Positions 1-10,006 of a DNA stretch of 64,000 bases are shown here, one piece after another. The position numbers were made by a program, and so were the translations under genes. Source of the stretch: an uncultured Gammaproteobacteria bacterium (GTDB taxonomy: Bacteria; Patescibacteriota; Microgenomatia; JAMCZE01); NCBI GenBank assembly GCA_964641255.1, contig CAZXMM010000001.1, positions 473,984-537,983 on the forward strand, written 5' to 3'. Positions within the stretch are counted from its first letter, which is position 1, and every line of letters begins with the position of its first letter. Under the pieces are notes generated by a model, which did no database searches, had not been told where the DNA came from, and was given only the letters and a program-made list of their open reading frames with translations.

Positions 1-2
1 AT

Positions 3-521
3 TTGCCCAAGCCCTTAATTGTGTGTGTGGCTGCACTGGAGCCCGGCAAAAGAGTGGATCTCACCATTAAAGCGGTCAGTAGACTTAAAAAGGGGAGCCT
101 TCTCATTATGGGAGCTGGCGATGGGAAAAAAGCCTTGGAAGCGCTTGCCAGTGAACTGCTTCCCCATCGCTTTAAGATTATCCAAGTAACCCACGATGCA
201 ATCCCAGGTTATTATAATGCCGCCGATGTAGTGACTATGACCCCCCAGACTAGCGAGTCCTTCGGAATTGTCTATGTAGAAGCTATGGCCTGCAATAAAC
301 CCGTGGTGGCCACTAATGATCCCATTCGGAAGGAAATTATTGGGAAGGCAGGACTGCTGGTAGATCCGGAAAATACCCAGGAATATACAGCGGCTTTGGA
401 AAAAGCTTTGAGTAAAAGCTGGGGAGACATTCCGCGTAAACAAGCAGAAAAGTATTCCTGGGATACTATTGCTAATCAATATGAAGATCTTTTTGAGTCA
501 TTGTTAAAAAAGGAAAAATAA
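3..521 (+). CDS. Glycosyltransferase family 4 (GT-B fold), C-terminal fragment; 5' end lies outside the window
   Basis: C-terminal GT4 signature 'ESFGIVYVEAMACNKPVVATNDPIRKEII' (EX7E-like motif). The ORF is open to the window edge. Confidence 0.8.
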   Translation: MPKPLIVCVAALEPGKRVDLTIKAVSRLKKGSLLIMGAGDGKKALEALASELLPHRFKIIQVTHDAIPGYYNAADVVTMTPQTSESFGIVYVEAMACNKPVVATNDPIRKEIIGKAGLLVDPENTQEYTAALEKALSKSWGDIPRKQAEKYSWDTIANQYEDLFESLLKKEK

Positions 522-1711
522 TGGCAGATATTTTTACATCTATTATAAGATTCTTCCAAAAACAAACCACTCTTTTGTTCGTGGTGGTTATTGTTTTTCT
601 CACGGCACTGGTACTTACTATAGGGATTAATCGACCCTTTGTGGGACATCACGATGCTAATAATCGAATGTACCGCTTGGCGGCCCTCAACTATCTGAAA
701 CACGGTCTTATAGAAACAAAACTGGGGCAAGTGATTGCCCCTCCTACTGAAATAATGGCGATGGGACATTTCTACACTCATCACCCACCTCTACTATCCT
801 TGTTTTTAGCACTCTCCATTGGAATTTTTGGTGATACGTACTGGAGTGTGCGCTTAGTGCCTTTACTTTTTTCATCAATTACTGCTGGTGTGTTTTTTCT
901 GCTCCTTAGAAAATTTTTTTCCCTGGAATCATCATTGCTTGCAGTCGGATTTTGGCTAGCAAGCCCAATGTTTCTTTTCTTTGGAAAAATGGCCAACCAC
1001 GAGCCCTTGACTCTCCTCTTTCTTACTCTAGCGGTGTACGGGTGGGTGACTAAGAGAAAAAGACTACTCTATCTTGCCCTTTTCCTATGTCAGTGGACTG
1101 GGTGGCCAGCCTATTATCTAGCTGCCATCATTTTCATTTTTACACGGGATACTAAAGTAGTGCTTTTATCATTGATTGACGCTATTTTCTTTGTTGCCCA
1201 TACACTTCTTTTAACCGGTTCACCTACGGGTGGGGGACTAATGGAAATATTTCTTTTTAGAACCGGCCTGAGTCCTAAAGTGGGAAATGTGGTGGAAACA
1301 TATACGATGCAGAAATTTTTACACCAAGAAATATCCTGGCTTTACCACCTCTTTAATCCGGTGCTGGTATGGATAGCATCCCTCGGGGTTGTCTTAATCC
1401 TGAAAAGAAAAATTTTAGGAGAAAAGGAAAGAGTGGGGTTAACGTTCCTGCTTATTGCTACAATCCATATTTTCCTCTTCAGAACGGGTGCTAATAGACA
1501 TGATTACTGGCTCTATTATTATTTACCATTTTTGAGTTGGATGGTAGGCTATGTTTTCGCGTACTTTAGCGACCGGCGGCCATTGGTGAGAAGGGTCGTG
1601 GTCTATTTGGTTGGCGTACTACTGTTGGGGCTCGCCATCTTCCAAGGTCAACCATTCTTCTGGGCACTGCAAAATAGAATTGAAACTACTGAGTCTGGTC
1701 AACCACTTTAA
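521..1711 (+). CDS. Polytopic membrane protein, GT-C superfamily (PMT/ArnT-like, PMT_2-type)
   Basis: About 10 predicted TM helices. The N-terminal luminal loop has an acidic motif ('VGHHDANNRMY') and 'HHPPLL', as in the ArnT/PMT family. It sits in a glycosyltransferase cluster. Confidence 0.5.
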   Translation: MADIFTSIIRFFQKQTTLLFVVVIVFLTALVLTIGINRPFVGHHDANNRMYRLAALNYLKHGLIETKLGQVIAPPTEIMAMGHFYTHHPPLLSLFLALSIGIFGDTYWSVRLVPLLFSSITAGVFFLLLRKFFSLESSLLAVGFWLASPMFLFFGKMANHEPLTLLFLTLAVYGWVTKRKRLLYLALFLCQWTGWPAYYLAAIIFIFTRDTKVVLLSLIDAIFFVAHTLLLTGSPTGGGLMEIFLFRTGLSPKVGNVVETYTMQKFLHQEISWLYHLFNPVLVWIASLGVVLILKRKILGEKERVGLTFLLIATIHIFLFRTGANRHDYWLYYYLPFLSWMVGYVFAYFSDRRPLVRRVVVYLVGVLLLGLAIFQGQPFFWALQNRIETTESGQPL

Positions 1712-3140
1712 ATCTTTCGTACCACTCCACACTGGGGTTAGGAATTTTTTTATAGTATAGTTGCTTAGGTGTCACCGAAGTCATTATATAGTTTGGGTCC
1801 TGGTCTAGTCTTTCACTAAGCGTGATTACCGCCGCTTCATTCATAGGCCAAAAAGCATTGGGGTTTTGACCGTCACGCAGATCCAGAACAATAAGATCTG
1901 GCAGATATTTCCAATATTCTCCTCGCAGTAACATTAGTTTTTGTCGGTGAGTGAGATGAGCTCCCAAGCTATTTTGAGTCATGACAAAATTACTAGGCGG
2001 GAGACTGTCAAGAAACTTTCTTTCAAATTGCATAGTCTGGGTATGCTCATAAAAAGCAGAATTATATACCAGTGCTAGTGGCCCGTGGTAAAAAAATCGA
2101 TGTAAGACTATGACAACGGCGATAATGATTAGACCATGAAGCCAGATAACTTTTTGATACCACTTATATTTTGACAACCGTTCTACTCCTAGGATCGCTC
2201 CGAATGCTAGAAGCACACTCAAAATGGCATTATAGTGAAGGCCAAGATCCCATCTTGCAGCTCCAGAGTTAAGGACAAAGCGAGTAAATAAATCCTGAAG
2301 TATAGTGGGCAGAAAGGTTGTTGCAGATAGTGGCAGAAGTCCAAAGGTAAAGAAAGAGACTACTGTCATCTCTATTTTAATTGGGGGAGAGTAAAGCTGA
2401 GTAATCGTTGTTTCTAGTGTGTGGGAAACAGCACTGTATGGATAGGTATAACCCGCTATAGCTGGCATGACGAACTTAATGAGTGTGAAATAGTATAAAA
2501 ATGAAAACAGTAAGAGCAAGACTCCCCAAAGTAGTCTTTTTTCAAAGAACAAGTAAATACCTAGCCCCACTCCAATAGCTGCAAAATTTTCTTTTAAACC
2601 CATGGTTAAAAAAAGGAATGTAAAGAAAAAAGCGATCCTTTTCTTAATTAGGGAGAAAAGAGCTAAAGAGAGAAGCAGCATTGCAAACAAATCATTGTGA
2701 TAATTAGCGATGATGGCGTTTTGCGTACCAATATAGAAACAAAAAGCGAAGAGGAGGGCGAAAATCATCAGTTTATTTTTGATCTTTTCTTTTGCGATAA
2801 GAAAAAGCATAAAAGCACTAGCGGTGACAAATAAGTTTTCTGTTATGAGAAGTATCTCGTACTTGGAAGTAAAAAAATAAATCGGTGATAAAAGATACAT
2901 TACTGGGGAAAAATGGTCACCTAGCTGGTTAACTAGAGAGGGTCTGGTTAAATCTACCAAGGGGGCGTTACCATGGGCGACTTGCCAAAGAGCCGAGTCA
3001 AAGAAACCGTGATCCATGTAAAAAGCTTCAAACTGCCAAAATCTATTGAGTACAACTAGGTTGATAACTACGAAGTAAACCCCTAGAAAAAGGAGTATGT
3101 ACCACCATTGTTTAGTAAAAGTAATAAGTTTTGTTTTCAC
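1686..3140 (-). CDS. Integral membrane protein, DUF2079-like
   Basis: Multi-pass membrane protein. The N-terminal region 'FEAFYMDHGFFDSALWQVAHGNAPL' resembles the YDLGIFDQALW motif of DUF2079. It is convergent with the upstream gene, overlapping by 26 bp. Confidence 0.45.
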   Translation of the reverse strand: MKTKLITFTKQWWYILLFLGVYFVVINLVVLNRFWQFEAFYMDHGFFDSALWQVAHGNAPLVDLTRPSLVNQLGDHFSPVMYLLSPIYFFTSKYEILLITENLFVTASAFMLFLIAKEKIKNKLMIFALLFAFCFYIGTQNAIIANYHNDLFAMLLLSLALFSLIKKRIAFFFTFLFLTMGLKENFAAIGVGLGIYLFFEKRLLWGVLLLLFSFLYYFTLIKFVMPAIAGYTYPYSAVSHTLETTITQLYSPPIKIEMTVVSFFTFGLLPLSATTFLPTILQDLFTRFVLNSGAARWDLGLHYNAILSVLLAFGAILGVERLSKYKWYQKVIWLHGLIIIAVVIVLHRFFYHGPLALVYNSAFYEHTQTMQFERKFLDSLPPSNFVMTQNSLGAHLTHRQKLMLLRGEYWKYLPDLIVLDLRDGQNPNAFWPMNEAAVITLSERLDQDPNYIMTSVTPKQLYYKKIPNPSVEWYERFKVVDQTQ

Positions 3141-4801
3141 CTGAAATGCAGCCAGTTATTTATATCTTGATCAAACGACACCTTGGTTTCTTCCTCACTT
3201 AAATAAAATTGCTCCAGTTTGTAGCCATCTTTAAAGATTAGACTTTGTGATGGCTCTTTTTTTAATTGCAATGAATTTTGCAAAAAACCGCTCGGATCTG
3301 GTTGCCAGGGTAGATCGTACTCAGGTGGTCCTGCTAGCTCCACAAAAGTTTCTGGCAGTTTTTGGTACAAATGAACTTTTTTGTCAGGATGTAATTTTTG
3401 TTGAAAGACCACCGGATATTTGGACCGATACCCTTGAATATCCGGTGAGTAAAGAAAAAAACCAAAATCCTTGTTTCTTGCTTCCTCAAACGTTACTTTT
3501 GCTATCCGGTTGTGAAATTGCCAAGACATTTGCCGCTGGCCAATTTGTGACAGGTCAAAGACCAGTGTCATTGTTTGCCACTGGAGCTGGACGACTGTGA
3601 GAACTAAAACAACCACAATCATTAAGACACGGCTGAAGCTTTGTAAGGCGGCAACGAGAAATAAAAAGGCCACCGGAAAAAGAGGGAAGTAATAATAGAA
3701 GCCCCAACCACCCTGGTGAATAAGAGACAAAACATAGAAGCCAATGTAAAAATAGCCAAAGAAAAGTGACAGGTAGTCTTTTTTCAATGTAGCTCGAATG
3801 GTTAAGAGAGCTGCCCCAAGAAAAAGCCAAAAACTAAAATTATTCCACTCAGTTGGTAAAAAGAAAGTTCCAGAAGTTAGCATTGCCCCCGCACGGTCTG
3901 TGAGTTTGGCTACGAAACTTTGGTAGGCGGGGGCGTGGTGGCCACTTAGGTACAAGACCACAGCCCGGGATAAAGAGAAATTATGGCGGAGATCAAAAGC
4001 AATATAGCTAAGGAGGGGAGGAATAAAACCAACGAACCCTAGTGGGCTATAAGCGGGAAGGCGCTTCCTGAGGGTAAGTGTACCAATGAGCAAGAATGAT
4101 AGAACAAGTAACGGTGCTCCTACTGCAATCTGAAATTGAAAGATTAGCCCACCAATAAAAGCGTGTAGTAGCAAAAACTTTAATTCTTTTGTCTTAAGAA
4201 ATAATAAGAGTGTGCCTAAAAATATTGGCATGCAGATAAGAGCGCCACTCGGGTTAAAAAAAGCTCTAGTGAAGCTGACCATTTGCACACTGATAAGCAG
4301 TGTGACCAGATAGCTAGCGGTGGTTCCTAGAAACTTTTTCCCCAGCCAAAAGGTCGTTCCAATCTGAAAAATACTCAAGAGTACCCAGAACCAGCCAACA
4401 GCAATTGGGTCTCCTTGCCCAAGGAAAAAAGCGGGAAAGTTGAGATAGGACCATAGAGGCCCGTGGAAAAATCCTGGCGCTGCTCCAGATCTGGGACCAA
4501 TGAGAATAAAGCCTTTATCTTGAATTTCTTGAAGAAGAAGAAAGTCGCGAGCAATATCAGCGTCATACATAATATCGCCGGAAGCAACATATAATGCGGA
4601 GGCAATAATTGACCCAATGATGGGTAAACTAAGAAGAAAATTGCGGATGTTAAGACCGTCTGGCCAGTATTTCAAATTGAAATCAAAGGTAATTAAGCTT
4701 ACTATGAAGGAATAATCTCTATGACTAAACTTAGTGTGATTATACCAGTTTATAACGAGGCGGAAGTTATTACCAACTGCCTTGACAGCTTGTATAAGCA
4801 A
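3137..4801 (-). CDS. GT-C membrane glycosyltransferase (ArnT/PMT-like), 554 aa; start codon uncertain
   Basis: Many TM helices plus a C-terminal soluble domain. The annotated N-terminus overlaps the divergent GT2 start by 81 bp. An internal TTG (L43, 4673-4675) is an alternative start. Confidence 0.5.
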   Translation of the reverse strand: MLIQAVKAVGNNFRLVINWYNHTKFSHRDYSFIVSLITFDFNLKYWPDGLNIRNFLLSLPIIGSIIASALYVASGDIMYDADIARDFLLLQEIQDKGFILIGPRSGAAPGFFHGPLWSYLNFPAFFLGQGDPIAVGWFWVLLSIFQIGTTFWLGKKFLGTTASYLVTLLISVQMVSFTRAFFNPSGALICMPIFLGTLLLFLKTKELKFLLLHAFIGGLIFQFQIAVGAPLLVLSFLLIGTLTLRKRLPAYSPLGFVGFIPPLLSYIAFDLRHNFSLSRAVVLYLSGHHAPAYQSFVAKLTDRAGAMLTSGTFFLPTEWNNFSFWLFLGAALLTIRATLKKDYLSLFFGYFYIGFYVLSLIHQGGWGFYYYFPLFPVAFLFLVAALQSFSRVLMIVVVLVLTVVQLQWQTMTLVFDLSQIGQRQMSWQFHNRIAKVTFEEARNKDFGFFLYSPDIQGYRSKYPVVFQQKLHPDKKVHLYQKLPETFVELAGPPEYDLPWQPDPSGFLQNSLQLKKEPSQSLIFKDGYKLEQFYLSEEETKVSFDQDINNWLHFR

Positions 4802-5566
4802 ACCCTAGCTGATCAGATGGAAGTGATCGTTGTTGATGATGGATCAACAGATAGTACAAAGTTAAAAATTAAGAGCCCAAAGTTTAAAGAGCTCGTATTT
4901 CTTGAGCAGCAGCACGAAGGACCTGGGGCAGCCAGAAATCTGGGTGCCAGCAAAGCTAAGGGAGAGATTCTTGTTTTTGTTGATGCGGATATGGAATTCG
5001 CCCCCGATTTTTTAGAAAAACTTATTGCCCCGATTGGCAAAAATGGAGTTATTGGCACTTTTTCTAAAGAGGAATTTCTTTTGAATAAAGATTCTGCGTT
5101 AGCTCGGTGTTGGAACCTCAACCTAGGTCGGCAAGCCAATCGAATGCATCCGGACAATTACCCTAATACCCAAAATGTTTTCCGTGCTATTTTGAAAGCG
5201 AAATTTAATGAAGCTCAAGGTTTTGAAACAACTATTGGTTACACCGATGACTGGTCACTGTCTCGCAAGCTAAAAACCCTTGCTGTTGTTGCTCCTGGTG
5301 CAATCTATTTCCATGCTAACCCCCACAAATGGTTAGAGATTTGGCAGCAGGCCCGCTGGTTTGGGAAAAACGAATTTCTTACCGGTAGTTTTGTTAGAAA
5401 ACTTTACAATTTGTATCGGTATTTACCGTTCCTTTCCATGATTAAAGGCATCTATGGTGCGATAAAATATCAAGAGCCACAGTTCGTTGCTTTTAAGATT
5501 GTTTACGATACTGGAGTATTTATCAGTGTGCTATTTTCCTTTTTAGGTGAACAGAAAGCAAAATAA
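4721..5566 (+). CDS. Glycosyltransferase family 2
   Basis: 'LSVIIPVYNEAEVI...VIVVDDGSTDST...FVDADMEF' is the canonical GT2 N-terminal DXD region. Confidence 0.8.
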   Translation: MTKLSVIIPVYNEAEVITNCLDSLYKQTLADQMEVIVVDDGSTDSTKLKIKSPKFKELVFLEQQHEGPGAARNLGASKAKGEILVFVDADMEFAPDFLEKLIAPIGKNGVIGTFSKEEFLLNKDSALARCWNLNLGRQANRMHPDNYPNTQNVFRAILKAKFNEAQGFETTIGYTDDWSLSRKLKTLAVVAPGAIYFHANPHKWLEIWQQARWFGKNEFLTGSFVRKLYNLYRYLPFLSMIKGIYGAIKYQEPQFVAFKIVYDTGVFISVLFSFLGEQKAK

Positions 5567-6863
5567 TATGATTTTTTTGGTGGGGATTTTGGCACTATTT
5601 TTGCGATTGCTTCAATTGAATCAATCGCTTTGGCTTGATGAGGCCATCACTGCTGTCGCTCTTAGGAATCTAACACTTTGGGAACTTATCACCCGTTTCG
5701 CTCCGGGAGATTTCCATCCGCCACTTTATTATATTGTCCTTAAACTTTGGACCAATGTTTTTGGCTACAGCGAGGTGAGTTTGCGATTTCCGTCAGTGAT
5801 TTTTTCAGTACTGACGGTTTTTGCAGTCTATGTTATGGGCAAAACGCTGTGGAACAAAAGGGCAGGATTAATTGCTGCTTTTCTATGGGCAATCAATCCC
5901 TTAGCCCTCTATTACGGCCAAGAGGCGAGAATGTATTCACTGGAAACCCTTCTTGTTAGTCTTTCAATCCTCGCTTTTATTCAAAAGAAAAACCTTTCTT
6001 TCATTATTTTCTTCACCCTTGCCCTGTATACGGATTATCTTCCGGGCCTTTTGATTCCTGTGTTTCTAATTGCCACAAGAGAGAAGAAAAAGGAAATTCT
6101 TTCTCGCATTGGGGTAATTATGTTGTGTTTTGCGCCTTGGCTGCCTGTTTTGGGTAACCAACTACTCACGGCTCAACAGTCCCTTAGTAATTCACCTCTC
6201 TGGGCCAGTGTTCTTGGTAGTTTTGAACTCAAGGCTTTGCCCCTGACATTTACTAAATTCATTATTGGGCGAATCACCATTGATAATAAATATCTTTATG
6301 GGGGCACCATGGTGGTTCTGGGAGGACTCCACGCCTTTATTTTGTCTCACTCCCGAAGTCGTCTTGTATGGCTATGGCTGGTGGTTCCCGTTATTTTGGG
6401 CCTAATAGTGTCAATTAAGATTCCGATCTATTCGTACTTTCGTTTCCTCTTTGTTTTACCAGCCTTTAGTCTTCTTCTCACTGATGGCGTGCGAAAATCA
6501 AAAATACTTTTTTTGAGCGTTTTTCTTGTTAGCCTTGTTTCTTGTGGAGTTCTTTTGACGAAACCTCGCTTTCAAAGAGAAGATTGGAAAACCGCCGCAG
6601 CTTTCATTAATAGTCAAAGTGGCGAAGTCTTAATGCCAAGCACGGCACAAGCCGCTCCATTATATTATTACAATGTGGGTTGGCCAGTTAGAGACGATAC
6701 TCGGCCACCTAATAACCCAAGGGTCTATTTACTAAGGTATGTCCAAGAAATTTTTGATCCAATGGATAAATTGCGAGGTGCCTTAGAAATGGGTGGCTAT
6801 CAAAAAGTGAGCGAACATAATTTTAATGGAGTAATTATTTGGGTGTACGAAACAATTAATTAG
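5547..6863 (+). CDS. GT-C glycosyltransferase, PMT_2/ArnT family (polyprenyl-phosphate-sugar dependent)
   Basis: 'LWLDEAITAVALRNL...FAPGDFHPPLYYIVLKLW' contains the DEx and hPPL motifs typical of the ArnT/PMT N-terminus. The protein is polytopic. Confidence 0.75.
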   Translation: MNRKQNNMIFLVGILALFLRLLQLNQSLWLDEAITAVALRNLTLWELITRFAPGDFHPPLYYIVLKLWTNVFGYSEVSLRFPSVIFSVLTVFAVYVMGKTLWNKRAGLIAAFLWAINPLALYYGQEARMYSLETLLVSLSILAFIQKKNLSFIIFFTLALYTDYLPGLLIPVFLIATREKKKEILSRIGVIMLCFAPWLPVLGNQLLTAQQSLSNSPLWASVLGSFELKALPLTFTKFIIGRITIDNKYLYGGTMVVLGGLHAFILSHSRSRLVWLWLVVPVILGLIVSIKIPIYSYFRFLFVLPAFSLLLTDGVRKSKILFLSVFLVSLVSCGVLLTKPRFQREDWKTAAAFINSQSGEVLMPSTAQAAPLYYYNVGWPVRDDTRPPNNPRVYLLRYVQEIFDPMDKLRGALEMGGYQKVSEHNFNGVIIWVYETIN

Positions 6864-6929
6864 GGACAATTTACCAAGCCTGCTTTTAATTTTTTTACAA
6901 CTTAACCTTTACGGTATTTTTATATTTGT

Positions 6930-8177
6930 GTGATGTTTTCTCTGAGACGATATTGGTTTTATTTCTTGATCACAGCCGCGATCACGGTAAGTTATTATTT
7001 GCTCGCAACTAGAGGGACAACTCAGATCCCCCACGATCTTGATTACTTTAACCCCCTGGCCAGAAGTTTTTTGCAGGGCAAAACAGATCTCCCCAGCCCA
7101 GTGGTTACTTACGACCTCTCTAGCTTTGGGGGTAAATGGTATCCCTATTGGGGTCCGCTTCCGGCCTTATTACTCATTCCGGCCCAATTATTACTACGGA
7201 GATTTATTCCCACCCTTTACCTCTCGCTTTTTTGTCTTGGCGCTTCGGCCATTGTCGTTTGGGAATTACTTGGTCGGTTGCCAGCCATATTCAACATAGA
7301 ACCGTTAAGTCGTCTCACGAAGGTGATGTTCTTTAGCTTGTTGTATTTTGGCACTAGCCTTGTTTTTGTCGGTACCCACTCCGGCGTCTGGTATGTATCC
7401 CAAGCGGTGTCCTTCTTACCACAAGTTATTGCCTTAAGTATTTTACTCAAGAACCGTTTGACGCCCAGGGATTATTTATTGGCATCACTTTGCATTAGTC
7501 TGGAATTTCTGGGACGACACACAACGATCTTAACGGGTAGTTTGCTTGTTTTGCGATTGGCTGATGATTGGTTTTTCAATCATGAGAGTCTTTTGGTGCT
7601 TAAGAGGAAGATTTTGTTTGCGCTTGTTCCTTTTCTTTGTTTTTTGGGCTTGTTTTGTCTTTACAATCTGGCTCGCTTTGGGTCACCTTTAGAGACCGGC
7701 TTTAGATTTCAAGATCAGTCCAGGTGGGATCTTATTACCAGAGCACCCTTTGGACTATTAAGTTGGCACTATATTCCAAGAAATTTGTGGCTGATTTTTT
7801 TTGAATTGCCCCGAGTTACTTTAGGACCAGCCGGCATAAAATTAATTTTTAATCACGAGGCAATGTCTATCTTTTTTGTTACCCCGTTTCTTTTGACAAT
7901 TTTTCTGACTCTGCGAAAAGAAAAGGAGCGGTGGGCGAAACTTCCTTACCGACTCGTTGTTTACTTATGGGCGAGCTTTGTGCTCCTTCTTATTCCGTCC
8001 TTGTTGCTATTCTCTCCGGGTCTTTATCAGTTTGGTCTTCGCTATAGTGTTGACTTTATTCTCATTCTTTTAATCTTGGGGATAGTTGGGTTAAGGGGAA
8101 AACTAAGTTTCTTAGCTGTTCTAAGTATTATTGCTGCCGTGGCCATTAACCTATATAGTCTATTTATACTTCCTTAA
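6930..8177 (+). CDS. Polytopic membrane protein (possible GT-C glycosyltransferase)
   Basis: About 12 TM helices, 415 aa, located in the glycosylation locus. No decisive motif was found. Confidence 0.4.
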   Translation: MMFSLRRYWFYFLITAAITVSYYLLATRGTTQIPHDLDYFNPLARSFLQGKTDLPSPVVTYDLSSFGGKWYPYWGPLPALLLIPAQLLLRRFIPTLYLSLFCLGASAIVVWELLGRLPAIFNIEPLSRLTKVMFFSLLYFGTSLVFVGTHSGVWYVSQAVSFLPQVIALSILLKNRLTPRDYLLASLCISLEFLGRHTTILTGSLLVLRLADDWFFNHESLLVLKRKILFALVPFLCFLGLFCLYNLARFGSPLETGFRFQDQSRWDLITRAPFGLLSWHYIPRNLWLIFFELPRVTLGPAGIKLIFNHEAMSIFFVTPFLLTIFLTLRKEKERWAKLPYRLVVYLWASFVLLLIPSLLLFSPGLYQFGLRYSVDFILILLILGIVGLRGKLSFLAVLSIIAAVAINLYSLFILP

Positions 8178-8186
8178 TTAAATAAA

Positions 8187-9317
8187 ATGAGAATTGGTAT
8201 TGATATTAGTCAAATTGTGTTTTCGGGTACTGGCGTTGCCATGTATACCCGCATGCTAATTGACGAGCTCCTTAAAATTGACCACCAAAATGACTATATT
8301 TTGTATGGTTCCAGTTTGCGACAAAGCGGGCAATTTAGGTCATTTGCCAAAAACAAAAAAGTGACTTCCAGTTTTTGGTCCATTCCGCCAACCCTTAACA
8401 CCATTCTTCATAACGATCTTCACACTGTGCCCATAGAGACATTTACAGGCCAACTTAATCTCTTCCATGCCAGCGATTGGCTCTCTCCTAAAACCCAGTG
8501 TCCCAAGGTCACCACTATTCATGATTTGGTCGTCTACCGTTCCCCAGAGTCGACTCACCCTGCCATTATCGCCACCCAGAAAAAGACGCTAGCGCTGGCT
8601 AAAAAGGAATGTGCCCATATCATCGTCGACTCACAGGCAACAAAGCAAGATTGTATGGAAATTTTAGGAATTCCAGAAAAAATGATGTCTGTTATTCATT
8701 TAGCTTCTGGCAATAATGCTGTTGCCTTTTCGCAAAGAAGTGAGGTGGAAAAAAAGGAAGCTGCAAGGCGTGCGTTAAAGACCTATCAAATTACAAAGCC
8801 TTACTTTTTCGCTGTAGGTACTAGGCAACCTCGAAAAAATATCGACCGTCTCATTGAAGCTTTCAAACTTTTTCCAAAAGACAGTTGTGAGCTGGTTATC
8901 GCGGGCAACTACGGTTGGGGTAACGAAATGAGCAATGAGCAATTGGCAATGAATAATATAAAAATTCTGGGATTCGTTCCAGAACAGGAGCTTGGAGGTC
9001 TTTATTCTGGTGCACTGGCTTTTGTCTACCCGAGTTTGTATGAAGGATTTGGTATTCCTATCTTGGAAGCCATGACTATTGGCACGCCAGTGATCACCTC
9101 CAATTTATCCAGCATGCCGGAAGCGGGAGGTAAAGCTGCTATCTATATTGATCCTTTTTCAGCGAGTGATCTGGCCGAGAAAATGAAATTCGTTTTGGAT
9201 TTATCATCCAGTAAGCGGGAAAAGTTGATTGATCTGGGCAAAACTCACGCTAAGACATTTACCTGGGAAAAAACAGCTAACGAAACCTTGAAAATTTATC
9301 GAGCATTTTCCTCATGA
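8187..9317 (+). CDS. Glycosyltransferase family 4
   Basis: '[29 protein letters not shown]' is the GT4 EX7E region. Confidence 0.85.
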   Translation: MRIGIDISQIVFSGTGVAMYTRMLIDELLKIDHQNDYILYGSSLRQSGQFRSFAKNKKVTSSFWSIPPTLNTILHNDLHTVPIETFTGQLNLFHASDWLSPKTQCPKVTTIHDLVVYRSPESTHPAIIATQKKTLALAKKECAHIIVDSQATKQDCMEILGIPEKMMSVIHLASGNNAVAFSQRSEVEKKEAARRALKTYQITKPYFFAVGTRQPRKNIDRLIEAFKLFPKDSCELVIAGNYGWGNEMSNEQLAMNNIKILGFVPEQELGGLYSGALAFVYPSLYEGFGIPILEAMTIGTPVITSNLSSMPEAGGKAAIYIDPFSASDLAEKMKFVLDLSSSKREKLIDLGKTHAKTFTWEKTANETLKIYRAFSS

Positions 9318-10006
9318 ATGTAGCTTCGCTATCAGTTTTTTTCCCGGCTTTCAATGAAGAGGATAATATTGCTCGCACCATTACTGAGGCGAAAAAAGTT
9401 TTAGTGCCACTTAAGATCCCCTGGGAGATTATTGTTGTTGATGATGGATCCTTTGATGGTACAGCCAGAGAAGCAGTAAAGACTAGTCAGGGAGACAAAC
9501 GGATTCGCGTTATTAGTCAAAAAAACGGAGGTTATGGAGCGGCACTGCAAACAGGTTTTAAGGAAGCCAAATATGACTGGATAGTTTATACTGATGCCGA
9601 CGGACAATTTGATTTTAACGATCTTCACAGGTTTTTAGAACTTGCTAAGAGCTACGACGCAATCTGGGGCTTTAGAATGAAACGCAATGACCCTTGGTAC
9701 CGAGCTTTGTTTGCCAGGGTTTGGCGCATATCGGTTCTATTCCTTTTTCATCTGCCGCTTAGAGATTTAGATTGTGGATTCAAACTGATTAAAAAATCAG
9801 TAATTGAACAGGTGCTGCCTCTTAGGTCCAGGCGGGGAGCCATGATTAATGTGGAACTAGCGGCAAAAATAATAAAGAAAGGGTTCCGGCTAGGCGAAGT
9901 CGGGGTCCCCCATCGCCCTCGCCAATTTGGAACGCCCACCGGCTTTTCTTTACCCGTCATTATTATGTCCTACCTCGATTTAGTCCGCTTGCGCTTTGTT
10001 TTATGA
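9314..10006 (+). CDS. GT2 polyprenol-phosphate sugar synthase (Dpm1/GtrB/ArnC-like)
   Basis: 'LSVFFPAFNEEDNI...WEIIVVDDGSFDGT...YTDADGQFD', 230 aa. This is the typical donor-synthesising partner of GT-C enzymes. Confidence 0.75.
   Translation: MNVASLSVFFPAFNEEDNIARTITEAKKVLVPLKIPWEIIVVDDGSFDGTAREAVKTSQGDKRIRVISQKNGGYGAALQTGFKEAKYDWIVYTDADGQFDFNDLHRFLELAKSYDAIWGFRMKRNDPWYRALFARVWRISVLFLFHLPLRDLDCGFKLIKKSVIEQVLPLRSRRGAMINVELAAKIIKKGFRLGEVGVPHRPRQFGTPTGFSLPVIIMSYLDLVRLRFVL

Noticed and set aside
3247-3600. 117-aa plus-strand ORF inside the 3137-4801 GT-C gene
   Set aside because: It is entirely embedded antisense in a long membrane-protein ORF with consistent hydrophobic periodicity.
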